Assembly: GCA_023251805.1 (NCBI GenBank)
Contig: JAHEYB010000001.1
Location: forward strand, 40,384-104,383
Direction of reading: 5' to 3'
Origin: Bacteroidota bacterium
GTDB taxonomy: Bacteria; Bacteroidota; Bacteroidia; 2-12-FULL-35-15
Length of the DNA stretch: 64,000 nt
Of this stretch, positions 47,537 to 56,658 are shown one piece after another (the stretch's first letter is position 1; every line of letters starts with the position of its first letter). The notes beneath the pieces were generated by a model that was given only the letters and a program-made list of their open reading frames with translations, made no database searches and was not told the DNA's origin. A program made the position numbers and the translations under genes.

Positions 47537-49063
47537 CTAAGGAATAATTACTTTTTTACAGGAAGTATAATTTGCAGTTATTAATTTACACCAATACGTT
47601 CCAGGATTTAATCTGGCTGTGTTAAACAATGTGCCATGCTTTCCTTTTTCAGTTCCCTTGTTTTCTGTTATAGTGATAAGCTTGTTTTTGTCATCATATA
47701 ATTTAAGTGTTACATCCGTATTTTCTGCCAGATTATAAAAAATATTGATACACTTTTTTTCTGCATTGTAAATGGCATCAAATGAATTTAAGCTGCCACC
47801 AATTTCAATGTTTTCATCTCCTTGCTTATAATCTACGTAAGCAAAATAAAATAAAAACATTTCATCTTTTGCACTTTCTCCCCATGCAACATTTTTAAGC
47901 GGACGATTAGGGTTGCGATAATTTTTTTCGGTATTGTCATACATTACATTGCAATAAATAATGCTTCCTTTTTCCAGCTTGATGAATTTTTGAAAACTGA
48001 AAAAATTTTGCCAATTAAAATCCCAATCATTAATACGAATCAAGTGTGTTGTGTCACCATTGGGGTGAACGGCAAACACTTCCCATTTTTTTCCTAACCA
48101 ATGAGCATGCGGTGTAACGCTTATTAAGCTGCAATCACCAACAACTTTATATTGCGCATGAAATGTTTGTTTGGTATTTGCTTTGATGAAAAACGGGCCA
48201 TCTTTTATGTCGTTTGGACTAATCACCCAACCTTTTAAAAAGCGTTCAACAGGAGTTTTGCTGTAAAAAATATTTACTGTTGTAGAATCCCAAGCGTCTA
48301 TAGGAGATGGACCATAATGCATTTGTAAAAGCACTTTTGAATTTGGTAAAATGTAATTACTTATTCCATCTGGAAAAAAACGTGTTTTATTTCCCGGAAC
48401 CCAACCGCTCCAATTATCATACGTTGGATAAAAACCAAATCCTGAATACTGTGAATATCCATACCCTTCGTCTTTTGCATCCAATTTTTCTGCGAACTGT
48501 GTAGTATCAACTCCCAATATAATGTGGTGTGCAATTTTAGGATTGCCGGGAACAATTTCAATAGCGGAAACAGTATGTCCTTCCTTTAAATTAGTCGGTA
48601 AAATAAATACCCTGTACTCATCATCATTATTTCCAATATGTAAAAACGATTCTTTCATGGAAAGCACTAAATCAGGTTTCCCTAATTGTGAACCCTTTGG
48701 GAAAGAAGGTAATTCCGGCTCTGCAGCTTTATTTCCTTCTACCATTCCTTCAGAAATCCAATTTTTGATGGATTCCATTTCTTTATCCGTTAAAACACGC
48801 TCATCAATAAAGTGACTGTATTGGGTATCCGGCATCCAAGGAGGCATAAATTTCGCTTTAGGGTCAAGTGCTGCCATCGAAATCATTCCGGCATGTTTTT
48901 TTACTTCTGTATAATTTATAAATGCTAATGGTGCAATTCCACCTGTATGGTGACAAGAACTGCATTTATTGTAAATGATTGGAGCAACATTTTCAGTAAA
49001 AGTAGTTTGAGCTTTTACAAAAACGCCAATAACTAAAAACAGAGTAGAAAAGTAATTTTTCAT
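47537..49063 (-). CDS. Secreted CxxCH-motif protein with a copper type II ascorbate-dependent-monooxygenase-like domain and a T9SS C-terminal domain
   Basis: 508 aa with signal peptide. C34-S-S-C37-H38 haem-c motif. H179-H180, H249, H319-x-H321 and DEM402 are spaced like the CuH/CuM ligands of PHM/DBH. C-terminal beta-sandwich tail (..GTYWCKLI...KKVIIP). Confidence 0.55.
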   Translation of the reverse strand: MKNYFSTLFLVIGVFVKAQTTFTENVAPIIYNKCSSCHHTGGIAPLAFINYTEVKKHAGMISMAALDPKAKFMPPWMPDTQYSHFIDERVLTDKEMESIKNWISEGMVEGNKAAEPELPSFPKGSQLGKPDLVLSMKESFLHIGNNDDEYRVFILPTNLKEGHTVSAIEIVPGNPKIAHHIILGVDTTQFAEKLDAKDEGYGYSQYSGFGFYPTYDNWSGWVPGNKTRFFPDGISNYILPNSKVLLQMHYGPSPIDAWDSTTVNIFYSKTPVERFLKGWVISPNDIKDGPFFIKANTKQTFHAQYKVVGDCSLISVTPHAHWLGKKWEVFAVHPNGDTTHLIRINDWDFNWQNFFSFQKFIKLEKGSIIYCNVMYDNTEKNYRNPNRPLKNVAWGESAKDEMFLFYFAYVDYKQGDENIEIGGSLNSFDAIYNAEKKCINIFYNLAENTDVTLKLYDDKNKLITITENKGTEKGKHGTLFNTARLNPGTYWCKLITANYTSCKKVIIP

Positions 49064-49064
49064 T

Positions 49065-49649
49065 TTATTTCGTAGAACATTTCAATACTTGTAAGTATAA
49101 AATTTCAAATTGCTCTTTTGTAATATATTTATAACGCTCTTTGTAACGAACAGTTAATTTTCCATCCGCGCCATAAAAAGCCTTGTTCACAACCAAACCA
49201 ACCATTGAAACATAGTTGTAAGCATCAATTTTACCAACAGGATTTTTTGTATTGATGACATAGCTCCAACTGCTCCACTTCCAAGCCGCTCCGTGTAATT
49301 TTCCCGTTCCTGTGTAGGAACTATCATCGGCCATTATGGTAAATGTTGGGTCAGTGATATTCATCGTGTAATTGTATTCAGTTGTTTCACCCTTTTGGTC
49401 AATGCTTATCGATTTGAGCGTTATCTTATTCTCTTTGCGATTAATAATTTCCTTGCTCAATGCAACATAGGTTCCATAAGGAATGCTGTCGGCCGACATT
49501 GCTTTTATTTCACCCATCGAATATAATTCGGAAGGGTCTTCAATTTCCTTTTTTTTCTTTTTATCATCTCCCGGTTTTATAAACGAAGAGGTAAGAATAA
49601 AATTTAAAGAAAATAATACAACACAACTAAGCACTTTCAGTGATTTCAT
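49065..49649 (-). CDS. Hypothetical secreted/lipoprotein
   Basis: 194 aa with signal peptide and a Lys-rich linker. Its stop lies 1 nt before the start of the downstream monooxygenase-like gene. Confidence 0.45.
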   Translation of the reverse strand: MKSLKVLSCVVLFSLNFILTSSFIKPGDDKKKKKEIEDPSELYSMGEIKAMSADSIPYGTYVALSKEIINRKENKITLKSISIDQKGETTEYNYTMNITDPTFTIMADDSSYTGTGKLHGAAWKWSSWSYVINTKNPVGKIDAYNYVSMVGLVVNKAFYGADGKLTVRYKERYKYITKEQFEILYLQVLKCSTK

Positions 49650-49683
49650 TTTTTTAATTTTAATATGTATTAAAAATAAGCAT

Positions 49684-50211
49684 TTATTTTGATGTTGTAA
49701 TAATACAGCCCACAGCTTGTGTTTTAGTCGACTTTATTTTTTGATTATTCACAATGGAATTCAATGCATCATCTAAATCGTTTGATGTAATTACTTTTCT
49801 GCGTTTTCCTAAAGAATAAAATGAATCATCAATTCGTCCGGAATATAAAACTTGATGCTCAGCATTTTCTACAAATACTTCAGGGGTAATGGTTGCAGAA
49901 AAATGTTTTGTTAAGGCCGATTTTCCATCTACAACAAGCCCAAATGGAATACTATATTCAGCTTTGAATTTTTTTATTTCGTCTGAATCAGCATAATAAT
50001 TGGGAAACACTCCAATGAATGTGACTTCTTTGTCCTTGTACTTTTTGTATAAGTCTTTTAATGTTAAGGTATAACTCTGGCAAATAGGACAGGTTTCCGA
50101 AAGGAAAATATAAACGGTAATTGGTTTTTGGGGAGTTGCTTTTTGTGTAAATGCAAAAGAGCAAAGAATGAAAGAAGCTACGAGTAAGATTTTAATTTTA
50201 AAGTCTTTCAT
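49684..50211 (-). CDS. Thioredoxin-fold redoxin (AhpC/TSA-like) with CPIC motif
   Basis: 175 aa from MKDFKIKILL (signal). ..FLSETCPICQSY.. CxxC active site. Confidence 0.65.
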   Translation of the reverse strand: MKDFKIKILLVASFILCSFAFTQKATPQKPITVYIFLSETCPICQSYTLTLKDLYKKYKDKEVTFIGVFPNYYADSDEIKKFKAEYSIPFGLVVDGKSALTKHFSATITPEVFVENAEHQVLYSGRIDDSFYSLGKRRKVITSNDLDDALNSIVNNQKIKSTKTQAVGCIITTSK

Positions 50212-50260
50212 CCTGATGCTTTTATTATAATAAATTGTCACCCTGAGCGAAGTCGAAGGG

Positions 50261-50590
50261 TTACATAAAGCCCAACTCCAATTGTGCTACTTCACTCATC
50301 ATTTCTTTTTCCCAAGATGGTTCAAATGTCAATTCAATTTTTGCAGAGCGAATTCCTTCTACATCTCTCAATTTGTCTTCTACTTCAGGAGGTAAGGTTT
50401 CTGCAACCGGACAACTAGGAGAAGTTAATGTCATTTTTACTAAAAGATTATTTTCTTGGTCGATGTTGATTTCATAAATCAAGCCAAGTTCCCAAATGTC
50501 AACCGGAATCTCAGGGTCGTAACACGTTTTTATCGTGTCAATCACTCGTTGAGTTAATTCAGTATTGTATGTATTGATAATTGCAGGCAT
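50261..50590 (-). CDS. sufT: SUF-system Fe-S assembly protein SufT (DUF59/MIP18 family)
   Basis: 109 aa from MPAIINTYN... ..DPEIPVDIWELGLIY.. and ..TLTSPSCP.. motifs. The upstream MNFELKNFELKN extension is a translated repeat. Confidence 0.8.
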   Translation of the reverse strand: MPAIINTYNTELTQRVIDTIKTCYDPEIPVDIWELGLIYEINIDQENNLLVKMTLTSPSCPVAETLPPEVEDKLRDVEGIRSAKIELTFEPSWEKEMMSEVAQLELGFM

Positions 50591-50644
50591 ATTCTTAAGT
50601 TCAAAGTTTTTTAGTTCAAAGTTCAAAGTTTAAAAAAGGGTTAA

Positions 50645-51067
50645 TTAACTTTTAAACTCTTTGTAAGTTATTGCATCAAGCTTCATTTGTTTAATCATAC
50701 TAACTAATCCATTGCTTCTTGTAGGAGAAAGGTGTTTTGTTAATCCTATTTTTTCTACAAAATCTAATTTTGAATTGATAATCTCATCTGGTGTATGATT
50801 GCTCAGCACGCGAACCATCAAGGCAACCATTCCTTTTGTAATAATTGCATCGCTATCAGCTGTATAAATCACTTTCCCGTCTTGCAATTCAGAGTTCATC
50901 CAAACCTGACTCTGGCAACCTTTGATGAGTTTATCTTCTGTTTTGTATTTCTCTTCAATTAAAGGAAGCGATTTCCCAAGGTCAATAAGGTATTCGTATT
51001 TACCCATCCAATCTTCAAACACTTCAAACTCCTCAATAATTTCGTTTTCTATCTCTTCTATATTCAT
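50645..51067 (-). CDS. sufE: Cysteine desulfuration protein SufE
   Basis: 140 aa from MNIEEIE... ..LIKGCQSQVW.. (conserved Cys), ..SNGL..M... Confidence 0.85.
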   Translation of the reverse strand: MNIEEIENEIIEEFEVFEDWMGKYEYLIDLGKSLPLIEEKYKTEDKLIKGCQSQVWMNSELQDGKVIYTADSDAIITKGMVALMVRVLSNHTPDEIINSKLDFVEKIGLTKHLSPTRSNGLVSMIKQMKLDAITYKEFKS

Positions 51068-51114
51068 TTTACGCACTTAAAAAACTTTGAACTAACTAAC
51101 TTTAAACTTTGAAC

Positions 51115-52362
51115 TTAACGCAACATTGTAATAGCACGTTGCAACCCTTCAATAAAAACATCAATCTCTTCTTTTGTATTGTAAAATGCAAACGATGCAC
51201 GAATAGTTCCTGGTATAGAATAAAAATTCATAAGTGGCTGTGTGCAATGATGACCGGTACGAACAGCAATTCCTAATTGATCCAAAATAGTTCCTAAATC
51301 AAAAGGATGCAATCCATCAACAACAAATGAAATAACACTTGCTTTTTCTTTTGCCTTTCCAATGATTTTTACTCCCGCTATTTTTTCTAATGCTTGTGTT
51401 GCATGCACTAATAATTCGTGTTCGTATGCAGCAATGTTTTTTAATCCAATTTCATTTATATAATCAATTGCAGCCGCCAGTCCAATTCCGCCTTCAATAT
51501 GTGGTGTTCCCGCCTCAAACTTCAATGGTAAATCGGCATACTCTGTTTTTTCAAACGTTACTGTTTTAATTGTTCCACCGCCTACTTGGTAAGGAGGTAA
51601 TTCATTTAACCATTTTTCTTTTCCGTAAAGAATTCCAACTCCGGTCGGACCAAAAACTTTGTGTCCACTGAAAACATAAAAATCAGCACTCAATAATTGA
51701 ACGTTTACAGGTGTATGTGGAATAGCTTGTGCGCCATCCACCAACACAGGAATGTTCTTTACATGTGCTAAAGCAATTAGCTCTTCAATGTTATTAATGG
51801 TTCCAAGCGTGTTTGAAATATGCGCTATTGCAACAATTTTTGTTTTATTCGTCAATAATCGCTTGTATTCTGAAACAATCAATTCTCCATTTTCATTGAT
51901 TGGAATCACTTTTAAGATAGCCCCCTTTTCTTCACATACTTGTTGCCATGGTAAAATGTTTGAATGGTGTTCCATGGCAGAAACAAGAACTTCATCTCCT
52001 TCCGAAATAAATTTCTTCCCAAATGAACTTGCAACTAAATTTATTGAATCGGTTGTACCTTTTGTGAAAACAATTTCATGAGCATGTAATGCATTAATAT
52101 GTTTTTGAATTGTTGCACGAGCATTTTCATATGCGACAGTAATTTCTTGACTTAAGGTATGGACACCACGGTGGACATTTGCATTTTGATTTTTGTAATA
52201 ATAATCAATGGCATCAATCACCAATTTTGGTTTTTGTGCTGTTGCTCCATTATCAAAATAAATCAATGGTTTACCATTTATTTTTTTGGAAAGAATGGGG
52301 AAATCAGCACGAATTTTTATTATGTCGATTCCGGATTTTGTTATGGTTTTTGACTGGGTCAT
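51115..52362 (-). CDS. sufS: Cysteine desulfurase SufS (group II)
   Basis: 415 aa. ..IYFDNGATAQKP.., PLP-Lys context FSGHKVFGPTGVG, active-site RTGHHCTQP. Confidence 0.9.
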   Translation of the reverse strand: MTQSKTITKSGIDIIKIRADFPILSKKINGKPLIYFDNGATAQKPKLVIDAIDYYYKNQNANVHRGVHTLSQEITVAYENARATIQKHINALHAHEIVFTKGTTDSINLVASSFGKKFISEGDEVLVSAMEHHSNILPWQQVCEEKGAILKVIPINENGELIVSEYKRLLTNKTKIVAIAHISNTLGTINNIEELIALAHVKNIPVLVDGAQAIPHTPVNVQLLSADFYVFSGHKVFGPTGVGILYGKEKWLNELPPYQVGGGTIKTVTFEKTEYADLPLKFEAGTPHIEGGIGLAAAIDYINEIGLKNIAAYEHELLVHATQALEKIAGVKIIGKAKEKASVISFVVDGLHPFDLGTILDQLGIAVRTGHHCTQPLMNFYSIPGTIRASFAFYNTKEEIDVFIEGLQRAITMLR

Positions 52363-52478
52363 AATGCTACTACAAAGTTAAGAATAATTCTAAATAGCGT
52401 GTCTTTTGCCCGAAAATAATGTATTTTAAAGGCAAGGCTTAATATCAAAATTTGATTCTATTTTAGTACTTTTACCGT

Positions 52479-53615
52479 GTGAAAACGCCCATTTATTTAG
52501 ATTATAATGCCACATCACCTGTCGATAAACGAGTGCTGGAAGCAATGTTGCCCTATTTCACCGAAAAATTTGGTAATGCATCTAGTCGCACACATTCTTT
52601 TGGCTGGCTTGCAGATGATGCTGTACAAACAGCCCGCCAACAAGTGGCCGATTTAATTAATTGTTCGGAACAGGAAGTGATTTTTACATCCGGTTCAACC
52701 GAAGGAATTAATCTTGCCATAAAAGGTGTTTGGGAAAATTATCAATCCAAAGGCAATCACATCATTACTATTAAAACAGAACACAAAGCCGTATTGGATA
52801 CTTGCAGAGCACTAGAGAAAAAGGGAGCGGAAATTACCTATTTAAATGTTGATAGAGAAGGACTAATTGATTTGCAGGAATTGAAAAGCGCAATGAGACC
52901 AAGCACCATTCTTGTTGCTGTGATGTATGCCAATAACGAAACAGGAGTGATGCAACCGCTTAAAGAAATTGCTGATATTGTGCATGAAGGGGGATGTATT
53001 TTCTTTTCCGATGCAACACAGGCGGTTGGAAAACTAAACATTGATGTTCAGGAAGAACACATTGACATCTTGTGTTTGAGTGCACATAAGTTTTACGGGC
53101 CGAAAGGAATTGGCGCTTTATACATTCGTAGAAGAGATCCGCGTGTTACGCTGTTTTCACAGATAGATGGAGGCGGACATGAGCGAGGTTTGCGCTCCGG
53201 AACATTAAATGTAACCGGAATTGTAGGTTTAGGAAAAGCATGTGACATTGCTAAATCAGAAATGTGGGACGATGCTGTGCGCATTTCAAAATTAAGAACA
53301 CGCTTAGAACAATTACTTATAGAACTTCCAAATACCTTTATTAACGGAAGCACTAAAAACCGACTTTTTAATACAACCAATATTTGTTTTCAAGAAATCC
53401 GCTCCGAAAACATCATTAAAAAAATTCCAAACGTTGCCGTTGCAATGGGCTCGGCTTGTACTTCTGCAATTGCTGAACCTTCTCATGTTTTAAAAGCGAT
53501 GGGATTGATAGATGAAGATTCGTATTCTTCCATTCGCTTTAGTTTAGGGAAGTACACAACAGAAGAGGAAATTAAGGAAGTGGTAGAATTAGTAAAAAAG
53601 ATTATTAATCAATAG
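52479..53615 (+). CDS. IscS/NifS-like cysteine desulfurase (group I)
   Basis: 378 aa. IYLDYNATSP.., SAHKFYGPKGIGALY (PLP Lys), GSACTS active-site loop. GTG start. Confidence 0.85.
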   Translation: MKTPIYLDYNATSPVDKRVLEAMLPYFTEKFGNASSRTHSFGWLADDAVQTARQQVADLINCSEQEVIFTSGSTEGINLAIKGVWENYQSKGNHIITIKTEHKAVLDTCRALEKKGAEITYLNVDREGLIDLQELKSAMRPSTILVAVMYANNETGVMQPLKEIADIVHEGGCIFFSDATQAVGKLNIDVQEEHIDILCLSAHKFYGPKGIGALYIRRRDPRVTLFSQIDGGGHERGLRSGTLNVTGIVGLGKACDIAKSEMWDDAVRISKLRTRLEQLLIELPNTFINGSTKNRLFNTTNICFQEIRSENIIKKIPNVAVAMGSACTSAIAEPSHVLKAMGLIDEDSYSSIRFSLGKYTTEEEIKEVVELVKKIINQ

Positions 53616-53707
53616 CTTGATAGTCAAATAGTTATGGCAATACAATCATTGAATTTTGTCGAATTAAACTTTAACATTTTCACCACGTCTAAGCACAAAT
53701 ACAGGAG

Positions 53708-54253
53708 ATGCAGCAGTATACAGATCAGGAAATAATAGAAATGTTTCAAAACGAGCAATCGCGAAATATGTCCATCCATTTTATGATCAAACAATATCAG
53801 GAAAGGTTGTACTGGCACATCAGAAAAATTGTAATTGATCATGATGATGCGGATGATGTTTTACAAAACACATTCATAAAAGCTTGGAAAGGAATGGGAA
53901 ATTTTAAAGGAGATTCTAAAATTTATACTTGGTTGTTTCGCATCGGAACCAACGAATCGATTTCTTTTTTAAGACAAAAACGTACTAATGTTACTTCTCT
54001 GCATCCAATCGAATATCAGTTGAGTAATTCGCTTTCTTCTGACGCATATTTTGAAGGAGATGAAATTCAATTGAAATTACAAAAAGCAATTTTAACATTA
54101 CCCGAAAAACAACGCATCGTTTTTAACATGCGTTATTACGATGAAACCCCTTACGAGGAAATGTCTGAAATTCTTGAAACATCTGTGGGAGCGTTAAAAT
54201 CATCGTATCATATTGCGGCAAAAAAAATAGAAGAAGAATTATTAAATAAGTAG
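53708..54253 (+). CDS. ECF-type RNA polymerase sigma-70 factor
   Basis: 181 aa. Region 2 (..DADDVLQNTFIKAW..F.G.S...TWLFRI..N) and region 4 (..LPEKQRIVF.MRYYDE..YEEMSEIL..S.GALKS). Confidence 0.85.
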   Translation: MQQYTDQEIIEMFQNEQSRNMSIHFMIKQYQERLYWHIRKIVIDHDDADDVLQNTFIKAWKGMGNFKGDSKIYTWLFRIGTNESISFLRQKRTNVTSLHPIEYQLSNSLSSDAYFEGDEIQLKLQKAILTLPEKQRIVFNMRYYDETPYEEMSEILETSVGALKSSYHIAAKKIEEELLNK

Positions 54254-54264
54254 AAGATTATAAG

Positions 54265-55038
54265 ATGGACAACAATTACGATAACTTTCAAGAAGAAAAT
54301 TTCCTACCTAACATAGGTAAGAAAAACTCTTTTGGCCTACCGAAAGCTTATTTCGATTCTGTTTCCGAGCGCGTATTTAATAAAATGGAACACGAAAAAG
54401 AATTAGCGGAATACAAAACACTATCTAAAAGCCGTCAATCAAAATTTACTGTCCCTCAAAATTATTTTACTTCTTTAGCTAATACGCTAGAATATAAATA
54501 TGAACTATCTGTTTTTCCAGAACTGGCAAACGCTAAAAAGCCTGTCCTGAAAGCACTTCCAAAAGACTATTTTGAAAATTTAGAGAATAAGGTAACTGAC
54601 AAATTAGAATTGGAATCTGAGTTAAAAGAGTTTTCTGTTTTGTCTTCTATTCCAAAGAAAAATGCGTTTAAAGTTGCTCCTGCCTATTTTGAAAATAAAG
54701 CAGAAGATGTAAAAGAAAAGGTCCACAGTTCTAAACAAGAATTAGGAGTTGTTAGACAATTAATTTCTACATTGTTTAAACCACAAATGGCAATAGCAGC
54801 GAGCTTAATATTGATTGTTGGAATTTCTGCTCTGTGGTATTTTAATAAAAAAGAAGAAATAAAATTAAATGGAGATTGTTTGACCCTGGCTTGTTTAGAA
54901 AAAAATGAAATTTTGAACGAAAAAAATATTCAAGATTTTGATGATGAAAGTTTATATGAAATGGTAGACGAAACAGCATTAGACCAACAATTATCGGATG
55001 AAAAAACTTCCGACTCTCTTAACACGAATAAAAAATAA
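54265..55038 (+). CDS. Hypothetical single-pass membrane protein, putative anti-sigma factor
   Basis: 257 aa with one TM (..MAIAASLILIVGISALWYF..). Position immediately after the ECF sigma gene. Function is inferred from context only. Confidence 0.4.
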   Translation: MDNNYDNFQEENFLPNIGKKNSFGLPKAYFDSVSERVFNKMEHEKELAEYKTLSKSRQSKFTVPQNYFTSLANTLEYKYELSVFPELANAKKPVLKALPKDYFENLENKVTDKLELESELKEFSVLSSIPKKNAFKVAPAYFENKAEDVKEKVHSSKQELGVVRQLISTLFKPQMAIAASLILIVGISALWYFNKKEEIKLNGDCLTLACLEKNEILNEKNIQDFDDESLYEMVDETALDQQLSDEKTSDSLNTNKK

Positions 55039-55475
55039 TGAAATTGAATTTTAAATATCTTTTTTCTATCCTTGCATTGATGCTCATCATCAATAGCTCA
55101 TTTGCTCAAGCAGATGGAAAAAAGGATAAAATTGATGCATTGAGAGCAGCGTTCATTTCTAAAAAGGTTAATTTTACTCCGGCTGAATCTCAGGCATTTT
55201 GGCCTTTGTACAACGAAATGAGCGATAAGCTGGATGCTGCTCGAAAAACATTTAAATTGCAATACAACCTAAAAACAAATTTTGATTTCGCAACCGATAA
55301 AGAAGCAGAAGCATACCTGGCGGCTGAATTAAATTTAAAGCAAAAAGAATTTGAACTTTATAAAGAGTATTACGAAAAATTTAAAAAAATTCTGCCTGTC
55401 AAAAAGGTTTCAGCAGTTCGTAGAGCCGAAGAAGATTTCAAAAAGGAATTAATTAAAATAGTGAAAGAAAATTGA
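55038..55475 (+). CDS. Small periplasmic helical protein (sensor-of-ECF-sigma / Spy-like type)
   Basis: 145 aa with signal peptide. ..FTPAESQAFWPLYNEM.. motif. Its start overlaps the upstream stop (TAATG). Confidence 0.45.
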   Translation: MKLNFKYLFSILALMLIINSSFAQADGKKDKIDALRAAFISKKVNFTPAESQAFWPLYNEMSDKLDAARKTFKLQYNLKTNFDFATDKEAEAYLAAELNLKQKEFELYKEYYEKFKKILPVKKVSAVRRAEEDFKKELIKIVKEN

Positions 55476-55479
55476 CAAG

Positions 55480-56658
55480 GTGAAACGATTTTATAGACAT
55501 ATCTTTTTTCTGATAAGCTTTGTATTTTTAATTACAAAGCTTTCGGCATTTAATGAAAGCGACTCTACAAAGAAGGTAAAACCACCTAAGCACTACTTTA
55601 ATAAAACTATTTATTTCGATTATTACTCAACAGGTAAAAGGGATTTAGATACAATTAATCAGGTTTCCAAACTTTTGGGTTCATATCAATTGAGTCAGCT
55701 GTCTTTCGGCTATAATTTTCCGATGGTAACTCAAGATATTTACAATAAAGACAGCACAAAAATTTCTACCTTGAATTTGCTATTTACCGGTGGATTTACA
55801 AGTTTGAAATTAAATTTTGAAGGAATTGATAAGCATACATTAACCAAAACTTCCTTGGGCTGTAGAGGATTTTATAGCAATGGAAAGAAAAGTATTTTCT
55901 TTGTAGAGCTGTCTCCATTTGTTACTCAGGACAGAGGATTTGCTTATACAAAAACATATCGCTTAGCAACAACTGTAATCTACAATTTCACAGCTAGCGA
56001 ATATTTTAGTTTCCGAGTTGGGTATACTCGCTCATTTATGTGGGGCAATCGCTACCATTTACCTTATGTTGGAATAAGAGTAGGAAAACTGGATAAAACG
56101 AATTTTAGTGTCCAATTTCCTAGAGGAATAGCATTAAATATTCCAGTAGGAAAATTTGTTAGAGCTAGCCTTTATACCAAACCTCAGGGCGGATTATACA
56201 CGTTTGCAAATACCGATTCGCTTAAAATTGGAAACATAAATGAAAATGAGAAACTGTATTTCGGTAGATATGAATTTTTATCGGGCATACGTTTGGATGT
56301 TCAGCCCTCTCATTTATTTAATTTTTATGTGAGCAGCGGTTTCACAACTAAAAATAAAATTGCTTTTTATTCAACGACTCTTATTAGAGACAACAATTCT
56401 ACCTACAAGAATTATTACTCAGAAGATATCAAAGGAAGCATTTTTGTAAATTTTGGCTTGGTGTTTCGTTTTGGCAGAACAAAATCAAGCTATAACAATA
56501 GTTTGATGTATGATATGAAAGACCTTAATAATACTACAGATACGGGCGACAGTGGAGTTAATAAAGGCAATGGGGACATTCCGGTTCCCGCTAATAAAAT
56601 TAAAAAAATAAATCCAGATGAGATTTTGGATTTAATTGAGACTCAGGATTTATATTAG
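55480..56658 (+). CDS. Hypothetical exported protein, possibly outer-membrane beta-barrel
   Basis: 392 aa with signal peptide and alternating aromatic/hydrophobic beta-strand-like pattern. Last gene of the ECF module. The 3' end overlaps the selD 3' end by 9 nt. Confidence 0.4.
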   Translation: MKRFYRHIFFLISFVFLITKLSAFNESDSTKKVKPPKHYFNKTIYFDYYSTGKRDLDTINQVSKLLGSYQLSQLSFGYNFPMVTQDIYNKDSTKISTLNLLFTGGFTSLKLNFEGIDKHTLTKTSLGCRGFYSNGKKSIFFVELSPFVTQDRGFAYTKTYRLATTVIYNFTASEYFSFRVGYTRSFMWGNRYHLPYVGIRVGKLDKTNFSVQFPRGIALNIPVGKFVRASLYTKPQGGLYTFANTDSLKIGNINENEKLYFGRYEFLSGIRLDVQPSHLFNFYVSSGFTTKNKIAFYSTTLIRDNNSTYKNYYSEDIKGSIFVNFGLVFRFGRTKSSYNNSLMYDMKDLNNTTDTGDSGVNKGNGDIPVPANKIKKINPDEILDLIETQDLY

